This document shows positions 19,765 to 28,150 of a stretch of 64,000 nucleotides of DNA, piece by piece. The position numbers were made by a program, and so were the translations under genes. The stretch lies in the IMG/VR virus record IMGVR_UViG_3300046012_000806, positions 6,385 through 70,384 of that record; one strand, written 5' to 3'. This stretch comes from a virus. The notes beneath the pieces were generated by a model. The model searched no databases. It was not told the origin of the DNA and worked only from the letters and a program-made list of their open reading frames with translations. Every line of letters begins with the position of its first letter. The stretch's first letter is position 1.

Positions 19765-20289
19765 TTATTTATAAACAAAGTTGATAGCCACACCCGTTGC
19801 GGCGTTTGTGTTGTCGTTGTCGGCTAAACCGCCCGTCAGGCAAAAGCCAATGCCGGCGCTGAAGCTCATGCCGACATTGAGCGGCAAGACGAAGCCCGCG
19901 CCTGCCGTGGAAGCTGGCACGGGATACGTCTGCAAGACCGCATCGCTATTGCATGTCGGCGCGGTCGCCTTATCATACAATTTCAGATAGTAGAGCGTGG
20001 CCGTCGTGTTAATAACGGCCAGCGCGTAGACGTTGCCGGCAGACGCTTTGACGTTCGTTGCGTTTGTGGACGCCGCCGACAGGTAATGCGCTGGCGTCGC
20101 GCCGCCGCTCGTAGCTCCAGAGCCGGAAACCACCAGCGGATTGGCCGCCGTCCCGCAAGGGCCAACGCCGACACAGATCAGCCCGACGCCGGGCACCGCC
20201 TTGCCCGCGCCGTTGGGATAATCCTGGGCGAGCGACGGAGAGGCCGACGCCCAAACGAGCGCCAGCAGAAAGAGCGAAAGCAATTTCAT
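19765..20289 (-). CDS. Exported head-spike/fibre base-like protein
   Basis: Start MKLLSLF at 20289 (signal ending SLA); TNATNVKASAG..YLKLYDKATAPT..FSAGI. Confidence 0.5.
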   Translation of the reverse strand: MKLLSLFLLALVWASASPSLAQDYPNGAGKAVPGVGLICVGVGPCGTAANPLVVSGSGATSGGATPAHYLSAASTNATNVKASAGNVYALAVINTTATLYYLKLYDKATAPTCNSDAVLQTYPVPASTAGAGFVLPLNVGMSFSAGIGFCLTGGLADNDNTNAATGVAINFVYK

Positions 20290-21086
20290 GAAAACCCCAC
20301 CACGACGGGCCGTGATACGCATCGGCAGTTGATCAATTCCCCAGGGAAGATGTGCCGGCCCTCATGCGGGTCAAACCACCCTTCGCTGCATTTGTACCGC
20401 GTCTTCGCCATGCCGGCCGCGAGATGAGTCGGGCGCGGCTCCTTGCCGGCCGTCGAATGAACCCATATCGCTTCCGCAATGCCGACTTCCTGATAACGCG
20501 CGTTGATCAGCGCAGACGTGGCCTTGTTGTTCTGGTCGCGGGCGATTAGCGCGGCGCGACGCTTGGTGACGCCGAATTGCTTGCGCAGGTCGTCGGACAA
20601 TTGGCCGAGATCGCGGCCGGTCTGCACGGAGCGCATCACCATGCCTTCAACTTCACCAAGAAACTTCTGCGGAATTGACTTGATCAGCGCGACGTTCTGG
20701 TTGACTGTGGCGTTGATAATGTCGCGTTGCGCGCGGGTCATTGCGAAGTTGTTGAGCGTGAAACCGCCATCGCGCAAAATCTTGGCCAGTTGCGCGTCGG
20801 TGCGCTTCGAAATCGACATCGCGAAATGCTTCGCCATCTTCTTGCTCATGTCGCCGAAGCGCCGTTGCCACTGGCGCGTCAGCCTATCAATCACAGCCTT
20901 CAATGCTGAAGCCGGAAGTTCATCTTGCGCAATCACGGGCTCATTGGCGTTGTAGGCTGACCGCACCCAATGCATGACTGACTTGAACATTTCATTGACG
21001 AGCGCCTTGAGCTTCTTACGGTACACCGCTTCAATGCCCGCGTTCGGGCGCACTGTGCCGAGCGATTTAAGGGTGACGGCGATCAC
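20286..21086 (-). CDS. Head morphogenesis protein (MuF / SPP1 gp7 family)
   Basis: Start reassigned to GTG 21086; RAALIARDQ, WxHS..PRPTH, PGELINCRC. Confidence 0.85.
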   Translation of the reverse strand: MIAVTLKSLGTVRPNAGIEAVYRKKLKALVNEMFKSVMHWVRSAYNANEPVIAQDELPASALKAVIDRLTRQWQRRFGDMSKKMAKHFAMSISKRTDAQLAKILRDGGFTLNNFAMTRAQRDIINATVNQNVALIKSIPQKFLGEVEGMVMRSVQTGRDLGQLSDDLRKQFGVTKRRAALIARDQNNKATSALINARYQEVGIAEAIWVHSTAGKEPRPTHLAAGMAKTRYKCSEGWFDPHEGRHIFPGELINCRCVSRPVVVGFS

Positions 21087-21098
21087 AGAATTTCGCCC

Positions 21099-21127
21099 TT
21101 TCCAAGCGCCGGACGAAGGCGCATAAT
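21099..21127 (+). promoter_or_regulatory. Promoter for the antisense mini-gene
   Basis: TTTCCA-N17-CATAAT, a variant of the phage TTTCTT-N17-CATAAT motif. Confidence 0.55.
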
Positions 21128-21160
21128 GGCCGGCCGTCCATGGCGAAGAGGAGAGCGAAG

Positions 21161-21319
21161 ATGAGCGACGAAAAAGAGCCCAAGCCTGAAGCGACAAAAG
21201 AAGAAAGCGAGCAGGCCGCTGCAAGAGAGCGCTTTGAATACAAGGAGGGCGACCTTCAAATAATCAAGGTCGGAGAGCCCAAGCCCCCGGCTGATAAAGA
21301 AAAAGAAGAAGATCACTGA
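21161..21319 (+). CDS. 52-aa acidic peptide carrying RFEYKEGDL (candidate ART inhibitor)
   Basis: Not in ORF track. GAGGAG RBS; MSDEKEPKPEATKEESEQAAARERFEYKEGDLQIIKVGEPKPPADKEKEEDH; its stop overlaps the portal stop convergently. Confidence 0.7.
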   Translation: MSDEKEPKPEATKEESEQAAARERFEYKEGDLQIIKVGEPKPPADKEKEEDH

Positions 21320-24300
21320 ACCAATTCACATTTCATGTGACTTTTCTCGAAGTCGAACGACACGACCCGCAGCATCGATCCGCACTGCACGATGATTTCG
21401 TTTTCACCGTCAGAGTCGTCATGAGCGCGAATTGCTGCGGCCTTTTGTCCTTTCTTCATGGCGATGTCCATTGTCATTCCATCATACCCATCTTCGCCCC
21501 AATTTTTGGCAAAATCTGGGCTTGTTGTGGTGCTGATGAACCCACGGTCCATGAATATTGATCCTTCAAACGCCATCGAGCGCAGGAACTTTGCGTATGC
21601 GCCTTTGATTCCTCGATGGACCGTTACATCAATAGGCAGTTCCGCTCTGTCCAGCCAGGCCTCTACATACTTCGTTTCATGGCTGTGCTTGCCAGAATGA
21701 CGAAGTTTGTCGTTCATGCTTATATAGCCAGAACCTTTATAAAAACTGATGGCGCTGGCCTCTTCCTGCGTGGGAGTGGGCCGCGCTTTGGCGATCTCTT
21801 TGCGGGTGGCGACATGAACGGGGACTGCGGGTTTCGGCTGCAGGTGGTCTGGAATCTGCTCCATAGTATTCTTGACGCCGAGGCTTTCAAACTTCGCTTT
21901 GTCGCCGTCCAGGAGCGCTTGCAGCGCTTCGCTGCCTTGACCCTTCTTCGTCTGGAAGCTGGGCGTTTGCAGCGTCCAGCTTCCAGACTTTTCTAGGGCG
22001 AGGAGCGATTTGCCCTTTTGCAGGATCGTCGGGTCTTCACCATTGGCTGAAGACAATAAGGTGAACCCGGCATTCAACATTGTGGCATAAATGTGAGCTT
22101 TTGCCGGTTCGACTTTTGCCGGTTCGGCTTTTGCCGGTTCGGCTTTTGCCGGTTCGGCTTTTGCCGGCAGGTGCTTTTCTATGACCGCTTTGGCTTGATC
22201 AAAGAACTTTTGCTTATCCGCGCCTTTCAGCTGCGTGACGAGCTTCTTGAGTTGATCAAGACTCTTGGGTCCTTTTTCCCCGGCCGCATTGTTTATGGCC
22301 GTGTGCAAGTCTTGATAGATGTTTTTCTTCACTTCATTGGGCAATTCAACGATGCCCTTGAACAACTGGCCCTTTTGCGTGATCGGGGCGATACCACCGC
22401 CAGACCCTTTCGAGAATTGACCGCCCTTGTCGCGCGGGTGCTTGCTTTCCTCGAACTTGGCCTCGTCGAGCGCCCACAGCAGTTCATGAAAGTCAGCGTC
22501 CGAAGCGAGAAAAGGGACCACGCTGTCCTCAGCTGCCTCCGGACCGCCAACTCCTGTTTGGACGACGTGCACGACTTTCATAGTCTTAGTTTTCTTTTTA
22601 CCTGATAACCTGTCTTTGTACGTCACCGACTCTTTGCTAACTTTCAATACGTTGAACTTGCCGCTTGAAGTTAACTCTCTGTCGGTATCAATCCCGATGC
22701 TGAACCCATGGCCCACCCCGCGCGGGTGAATCTTGTTTTCGCTACGAGACCAAAACGCAGGCACCGTGGCGTGCTCGTCTTCGCGTCGAGAGCCTTCCAT
22801 GGCCCGTGTTGGCAGCATACGTGCGCCAGGATCAACTTTAATAAGGACGCCGCCAGCATACGTCATGGCTGAATCTTGATCCGCCGAGAATGCCACAGGG
22901 CCGCCAAGCTCAAAAGAGCCGCCTTCCTTAACTGAAAAGGACTTACACCCACGATATGTGGTCTCTGAAGTTTTCGGCGCGTGCTGTAAGGTTTCAAAGT
23001 ATCCAGCAGTATCATGGGATACTTTGCGTAAATCATCATGACTAAGCCCGCTCGCATTAAGCAATTCCTGGATGTTGGGATTAGATGCCAACTCGCTTAT
23101 CTGCGTCCCCTTGCGCGTCTGATTGACGATTTCTCTTATGGCCAATGACTTCTTGTTATCGGCAGCATACAAGCTTACGATATCAGCGGCGCTCTTAAAA
23201 GACGGATTGGAAGCGTACTCCTCGTGCAATTCCTTTGCTAATTTCTTATTGTCTTCGTAGGATAGCTGGTCAATGCCTCGATGCGACGCAAACTCATTTA
23301 ATTTTGTTGTCCCAGGGCCTTCGCCAAATTGACCATTCTTTGCTCGTGGGTGTTTCGCTTCGTCAAAATCACCAATATCATCAAAAGACAAATCGTCGCT
23401 TAACCGCGAAAAAGGGATCACGCTGTCTTCAGCTGCCTCCGGACCGCCAGCGTCCTCGTCCTGCGGCTGCGGCCGTCCGCCTTCCGGCTCAAGGCCGGTT
23501 TCTTCCTCGCCTTGTAAGTCCGGAACGTTCTCCACGTCAATGGACGAGTAAGCCGAGTTCTCGTCAGCCGCCACGGCGGCGCGCACCTCTTCCGGAGCGA
23601 GAACGCCTTTGTCGATATAAACGCCGGCCGTGTCGGCCTCTTGCTTCCGGACCGCCGCGCGCTTTTCCTCGTCCAATGACCAAAGCGGCTCCCACCGCCA
23701 GACAATGTCGTCGTCGATGTCGCCCCACAGCGTCATCATCAAGACTTTGGCGAGCTTGGTTATGTTCGGAGTGCCGATGCGCTCCTGCTCTGATTTGATC
23801 GTGTCGTAGAAGGCGCGAATTTCCCCGTCCGACGAAGCGTTCAGGCCTGATGGCGTAATGCCGAACAATTTGACGAGCGGGATGCCCGCGATGCCGGCCA
23901 TTTGCTCCTGGGCCTGCGCCTGCAGTTTGTCCAGCGAACCGAGCGGCGCAGAGACGTTGGTGAAGCCCTCGCTGTCCTTATCCACCATGAACAAGCCGAG
24001 GTTGTTGCGCGCATCATTGTAAAACGCACCGCGCGCTCTCAACAACTCCATTCCGCCAGGCTCCATCATTGCGTCCATTTGAATGGACATCACCATGGTC
24101 GAAAAGTTGCTGATCAAGCTCGACACAGACTGTCGCGTCTCAAGCCAGTTCTGCACATAAGGGAAAAGCAACTGCGTGAGCGAAACACCACCGAACAAAT
24201 ACTGCGGCTTCAGCATGTCCGGAACCGGACGCGAGTTGAACGACAAAAGGCGCGAGGAGTTCACCTGATTGGACAAAATGAACCAAGTTTGCGGCCGGTA

Positions 24301-25038
24301 AAAGTCGTCAGCCAGCGGATCGATGGCGTTGTACTGATTTGGGTACATCCATATCGGCTCAATGCACCGCAGAGCTTTCAGCGGATCGCCCTTTTTAATT
24401 TTCGCACGCAGCAACCGGTCACCGAGCGGGGCGGTCAGTTCATCGCCCTTCGCGCCGGTATCGATCAAGATGTGACCAATGCCGAAGAAGTTATCAAGCT
24501 CGTAGCTGCGGCGAAAGGTCTCTTGAACATTCAGCCGATCAAACTCGTCCATGAGAGCATTGATCTTGTCCGTCTTGCTTTCGTCTTCAGACTTGCTGAC
24601 GAACTTGCCCCATTCCCGCGTCATCTCATTCGCGAGAATGGAGCTTGGTCGGCGGAACTCCGGAATTTGCGCGAGGTCGCTGAGCAACGCATAACCCATG
24701 AAGCCATAGCCGCCCCAGGCGTGTTGCGCTGCGAAATTTCTGACGCTGACGATTTGCGAATCAGCGGCCAACATCGGCTTGCCGTGCCCGGCCGGAATCA
24801 CACCGGGCGACGGCGCAGGGATGCTCTCCTGAAAAACCAGAGAGGGGCGTCCGCCCTCCGCCCCTGGTAAACGTACCAGCGGGGCGCGCGAGGCCCTCAG
24901 CCGCCCAGCGGCCTCGGAGAAAACCCGTGCCCGCTCCAGGTTCGCGGCCCTGAGCTCGCTGTCCGTCTTGGCGCGCACCTGCGGCGGGGGCGTGAGGCCC
25001 CAGTTCGCCAGCTTGTGCAGCGCCGTCCGCAGGCTCAT
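21313..25038 (-). CDS. Portal protein (DUF1073 type) fused to two tandem ART-like domains
   Basis: Follows TerL; IPLVKLFGITPSGLNASSDGE portal motif; ART1 TYRG/AFS/DRE; ART2 VHRG/GFISTT/ENE; start reassigned to ATG 25038. Confidence 0.85.
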   Translation of the reverse strand: MSLRTALHKLANWGLTPPPQVRAKTDSELRAANLERARVFSEAAGRLRASRAPLVRLPGAEGGRPSLVFQESIPAPSPGVIPAGHGKPMLAADSQIVSVRNFAAQHAWGGYGFMGYALLSDLAQIPEFRRPSSILANEMTREWGKFVSKSEDESKTDKINALMDEFDRLNVQETFRRSYELDNFFGIGHILIDTGAKGDELTAPLGDRLLRAKIKKGDPLKALRCIEPIWMYPNQYNAIDPLADDFYRPQTWFILSNQVNSSRLLSFNSRPVPDMLKPQYLFGGVSLTQLLFPYVQNWLETRQSVSSLISNFSTMVMSIQMDAMMEPGGMELLRARGAFYNDARNNLGLFMVDKDSEGFTNVSAPLGSLDKLQAQAQEQMAGIAGIPLVKLFGITPSGLNASSDGEIRAFYDTIKSEQERIGTPNITKLAKVLMMTLWGDIDDDIVWRWEPLWSLDEEKRAAVRKQEADTAGVYIDKGVLAPEEVRAAVAADENSAYSSIDVENVPDLQGEEETGLEPEGGRPQPQDEDAGGPEAAEDSVIPFSRLSDDLSFDDIGDFDEAKHPRAKNGQFGEGPGTTKLNEFASHRGIDQLSYEDNKKLAKELHEEYASNPSFKSAADIVSLYAADNKKSLAIREIVNQTRKGTQISELASNPNIQELLNASGLSHDDLRKVSHDTAGYFETLQHAPKTSETTYRGCKSFSVKEGGSFELGGPVAFSADQDSAMTYAGGVLIKVDPGARMLPTRAMEGSRREDEHATVPAFWSRSENKIHPRGVGHGFSIGIDTDRELTSSGKFNVLKVSKESVTYKDRLSGKKKTKTMKVVHVVQTGVGGPEAAEDSVVPFLASDADFHELLWALDEAKFEESKHPRDKGGQFSKGSGGGIAPITQKGQLFKGIVELPNEVKKNIYQDLHTAINNAAGEKGPKSLDQLKKLVTQLKGADKQKFFDQAKAVIEKHLPAKAEPAKAEPAKAEPAKVEPAKAHIYATMLNAGFTLLSSANGEDPTILQKGKSLLALEKSGSWTLQTPSFQTKKGQGSEALQALLDGDKAKFESLGVKNTMEQIPDHLQPKPAVPVHVATRKEIAKARPTPTQEEASAISFYKGSGYISMNDKLRHSGKHSHETKYVEAWLDRAELPIDVTVHRGIKGAYAKFLRSMAFEGSIFMDRGFISTTTSPDFAKNWGEDGYDGMTMDIAMKKGQKAAAIRAHDDSDGENEIIVQCGSMLRVVSFDFEKSHMKCELVQ
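22097..22167. repeat. 15-bp tandem repeat (~4.7 copies) encoding a PAKAE linker
   Basis: gcttttgccggttcg units. Confidence 0.9.
22510..23449. repeat. 40-bp direct repeats (22510-22549, 23410-23449) flanking the ART1 cassette
   Basis: 38/40 identical, exactly 900 bp apart, encode GGPEAAEDSV(I/V)PF. Confidence 0.9.
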
Positions 25039-25274
25039 CGGCCGCGCAAGCTCCGCGTCATGCTGAAAACACCAACCGCACACGTGATCAAAATCAAGGC
25101 TCCAAGCAAGACGTTAATCATTTCCGCTCACCCCTTCCCAAAAAAGGGCGCGACGTTCACAAGCTGTTACTTGTCGCGCCCAAAGTTGCGGGAGGAAACG
25201 CCCAGGTTGGGCAGCGTCCGACGGAAATCCGCCGAACAATTTTCCGGCGCGCAAGCGGCCGGGTCCCTGAAAGG

Positions 25275-26711
25275 TCACCGCCCCAGTGACCTGAACACAG
25301 AATGATAATCGTTCGCGTGCGCCACCAAGGCGCTGTAATCAAGCTTCTTCGTTTCGGTCAAATGGTTGAAGGCCCGCGAAGAAGCGTCAATCTGGTCGTC
25401 GTGCTTGCCGAAAGGAAAGTTGCGCAACTCTTGCACGTAAGCGTTGTTCCATTCAGCGCGCACCATGCCGACATTGCCGACGTTCATCTGAGAAGCGAAC
25501 GGTTCGGCCCGCGTCACCTTGTCTCCGGATTCCAGCGAAGACACGACGCGGAATCCGCTCAGGGCCTTGGTCAAATAAAACACCGCCGACTTGCCGGCGG
25601 CACCAGGGTCTTGCGGCAGCGAGATTGTGACGCTCTTGCCGTCTCGCTGCGCATTAGTGACGACCATGCGCTCAACCGCTTCTGGCGACCCTTGCAGCGT
25701 GTCCACGTCCTCGACGATGTACTTCCCGTTCCCGGTGACGCCCATCAACAAGCCGACCGTCGGGTCGCCATCATTGTGCGTCGCGCCGAGATCGTAAGCC
25801 CGCACCTTGCGCTTCACATCACGCGCCGAAGCGTCATAGCTCAGTGAGCGCTCGTCAAAGAACCCGCCTTCCCCCGGCGTGGGCCGCTGCTGATACTGAC
25901 CGCTGAACGTGTACGGCATGGCCTTTTCCATGCGCCGCAGTTCCGCGACCGAATGCTTATCCGCCCACAATGCCGTTCCATCGGGTTGGAGCGCCGGCAG
26001 ACAAATGAGCTTCCAGCTTTCCCCGGACCCTCCAGCAAGCAGCCAGCCGGCTAAGTCCTCTTCGTGCAAACGCTGCATGATCAATATGATTGGCGTCTTG
26101 GGGTCGTTGGTGCGGGACTGAAGGGTGCTTTTGTACCATTCAATCACGCCGTTGCGGACCTTGTCGCTGCGCGCTTCTGTCGGCTTGATCGGATCGTCGA
26201 TTATGATCGCGCCGCCGAAGCCTTCACGCATTGCGCCCGCGCCGAAGCCTGTGATCGTGCCTTCTGTGGACGAAGCGTAAACGCCCCCGCCATTGAGTAT
26301 GTGCCACTTGTGGCGAGCGCTGCTGGTCGTATTGATCATCGTTTCCGGAAAGACGCCATGATAAAATTCCGAACGCACCATCTCGCGCGTTTCCCAAGAA
26401 TTTTGCTCCGCCAATTCGCTGGAATACGAAGTCATGATGAAGTTTGAATGCCTTGATTTGCCGAGCGACCAAGCCACAAAGCTCTTGCACAGATGGGTCT
26501 TGCTGTAACGCGGCGGGATATTTATGATCAATCTTTTGCATTGACCATTGAACACTTCTTCCAAAGCGTTGCAAATCAACTCATGATGCGCCGCGCGCTG
26601 CCACAATGCTCCGGTCAAGTGGATGAACATGTAGCGCGTGAAATAATAAAGGTTGTTGCTCGCCATCCTTTGATGGACGTAAAGCTGCTTGAGGTCGTGA
26701 GCCACAGTCAC
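25275..26711 (-). CDS. terL: Terminase large subunit
   Basis: NIPPRYSKT Walker A, IIIDDP Walker B, QRLHEEDLAG, YDLG, HDDQIDA. Confidence 0.95.
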   Translation of the reverse strand: MTVAHDLKQLYVHQRMASNNLYYFTRYMFIHLTGALWQRAAHHELICNALEEVFNGQCKRLIINIPPRYSKTHLCKSFVAWSLGKSRHSNFIMTSYSSELAEQNSWETREMVRSEFYHGVFPETMINTTSSARHKWHILNGGGVYASSTEGTITGFGAGAMREGFGGAIIIDDPIKPTEARSDKVRNGVIEWYKSTLQSRTNDPKTPIILIMQRLHEEDLAGWLLAGGSGESWKLICLPALQPDGTALWADKHSVAELRRMEKAMPYTFSGQYQQRPTPGEGGFFDERSLSYDASARDVKRKVRAYDLGATHNDGDPTVGLLMGVTGNGKYIVEDVDTLQGSPEAVERMVVTNAQRDGKSVTISLPQDPGAAGKSAVFYLTKALSGFRVVSSLESGDKVTRAEPFASQMNVGNVGMVRAEWNNAYVQELRNFPFGKHDDQIDASSRAFNHLTETKKLDYSALVAHANDYHSVFRSLGR

Positions 26712-26717
26712 GCGCGT

Positions 26718-26936
26718 TCAATCGATCCGGAAGCGGTGCCACTCGCGCGCCACCTTTGCGCGCAGGCTGTCCAGCGGTTCATCCTCGAACAAGCCAACAG
26801 AAGCTGCGGTCAACAATCCGCCGGGCGCTGACGTTCCGTCGCCTTCCATCAAGCGGCGCTGATGATCCTGCGTGTGTTTGGCCACAATAGCGTCGATCAT
26901 TGCTTCCGGGAAGATGATGGCGCGAACCTCGATCAT
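26718..26936 (-). CDS. Hypothetical protein
   Basis: Fills the gap between terS and terL; ATGA overlap. Confidence 0.45.
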   Translation of the reverse strand: MIEVRAIIFPEAMIDAIVAKHTQDHQRRLMEGDGTSAPGGLLTAASVGLFEDEPLDSLRAKVAREWHRFRID

Positions 26937-27466
26937 ATCTGGTCCTTGATCTTCTTGGCGATCTCAAGAAACTCTTCTTGCGTCATCGTCGTCGTGACGA
27001 CCGGGCTGGCTTGATCACCGGAGATGATCGTCTTGTCGCCATAACGGTTTGGCCGCATCTTGCTCGCGAACCACTTGCGGCTGTCTACGCGCAAACGCGA
27101 GCGCTGAATGTGCTCGTGATCGACGACCTCTTGCTCTTCGCCATCCTTGTCGAGCCGCGTGACGAAGTCGGAAGAGCCATCATCAGAAATATCAATGATC
27201 TCTTCGGCAAGCACGTCTGCTTGAATTTCACGCGCACGCGCGTATGATTTTGCGAACTCTGGGTCTTTGTCGATATGAGCGTACACTGAATAGATGCAAG
27301 GTAGTCGCGGGTCCTTACAAATCTTGGTGAGGCTCTCGCCGCCAACCAGCCGCTTCAACACTTCGGCTTTGGCTTCCGCCGTTATCGTCGTCGGCGCACC
27401 AACACGCCGCTTCGGAGCTTTGGCTGCCGCCGCTATCGTCGTCGGCGCACCAACACGCGAGCCCAC
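26933..27466 (-). CDS. terS: Terminase small subunit (Sf6 gp1-like)
   Basis: GESLxKIC, YARARE, RLRVDSRKW..SKMRP.RYGDK. Confidence 0.85.
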   Translation of the reverse strand: MGSRVGAPTTIAAAAKAPKRRVGAPTTITAEAKAEVLKRLVGGESLTKICKDPRLPCIYSVYAHIDKDPEFAKSYARAREIQADVLAEEIIDISDDGSSDFVTRLDKDGEEQEVVDHEHIQRSRLRVDSRKWFASKMRPNRYGDKTIISGDQASPVVTTTMTQEEFLEIAKKIKDQI

Positions 27467-27589
27467 CGCAAAAATCTCCGTGGTTTGCTACTCCGGCCCC
27501 TCATCCATTTCTGGGAGGCCGATCCGGGATTCACTTTGATCGTTGCTCTGTCAAGAGACCGCTACGGATCATCAAAATGAAAGCCCAAC

Positions 27590-28150
27590 TCACGCAGGCG
27601 CAAAGTCCCCCACCGGAACGCGCACCTGCGCAGTGCCCGCCTCAACCAACACTGATCGCGCGCCAATCTTCGCGTTTTGCGCAACGCGCACTTCCTGCCC
27701 GGCGAGAAAGCCGCCTTGCACAATCAACAATTTGCCGCTAACAAAGCGCACTTCCGCGCCATCAGGCAACGCCTCCAACGCGCCAGAAGCTTCCCACGCC
27801 TTCAGCCTTGTGATTTCTTCATCACACAATGCGGCGATTTCTTCATGGCGTTTGTTGTCACGAAATTCAACACAACGCAACAAACGACAATTCATCACCC
27901 GCTCAGGCATTGAAAACAATTCAAGCTGGCGCTCAACATTGGTGAAGTGAATGAACACATAGCGTGAGAATGCAACCTTCTCACTCATGATGAAGCGCCG
28001 CGCCTTGCGCAACCATTGCTGCGCCCTCCGCATCGGCACATACACGTCAGGCGCATCAACTCCGGCCAGCGACAAAGCCGCAAAGCGATCACGCAAAGCG
28101 ATCTCTCGCCCGCCGCTCAACTCGCCAATGCCCCAGAAGCGCTCAACCAA
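27590..28150 (-). CDS. NusG/RfaH-family antiterminator (NGN + KOW)
   Basis: VYVP..AFSRYVFI (NGN) and IVQGGFLAG (KOW-like); first gene of the late operon. Confidence 0.65.
   Translation of the reverse strand: MVERFWGIGELSGGREIALRDRFAALSLAGVDAPDVYVPMRRAQQWLRKARRFIMSEKVAFSRYVFIHFTNVERQLELFSMPERVMNCRLLRCVEFRDNKRHEEIAALCDEEITRLKAWEASGALEALPDGAEVRFVSGKLLIVQGGFLAGQEVRVAQNAKIGARSVLVEAGTAQVRVPVGDFAPA

Noticed and set aside
21083-21316. 77-aa hydrophobic minus-strand ORF, and the upstream extension of MuF to 21224
   Set aside because: Shadow of the + strand peptide gene, which has an RBS, a promoter and a motif repeated elsewhere
23600-24800. DUF1073 region as anti-CBASS Acb1
   Set aside because: No paired HxT/S 2H-phosphodiesterase motifs recognised; position and motifs indicate a portal
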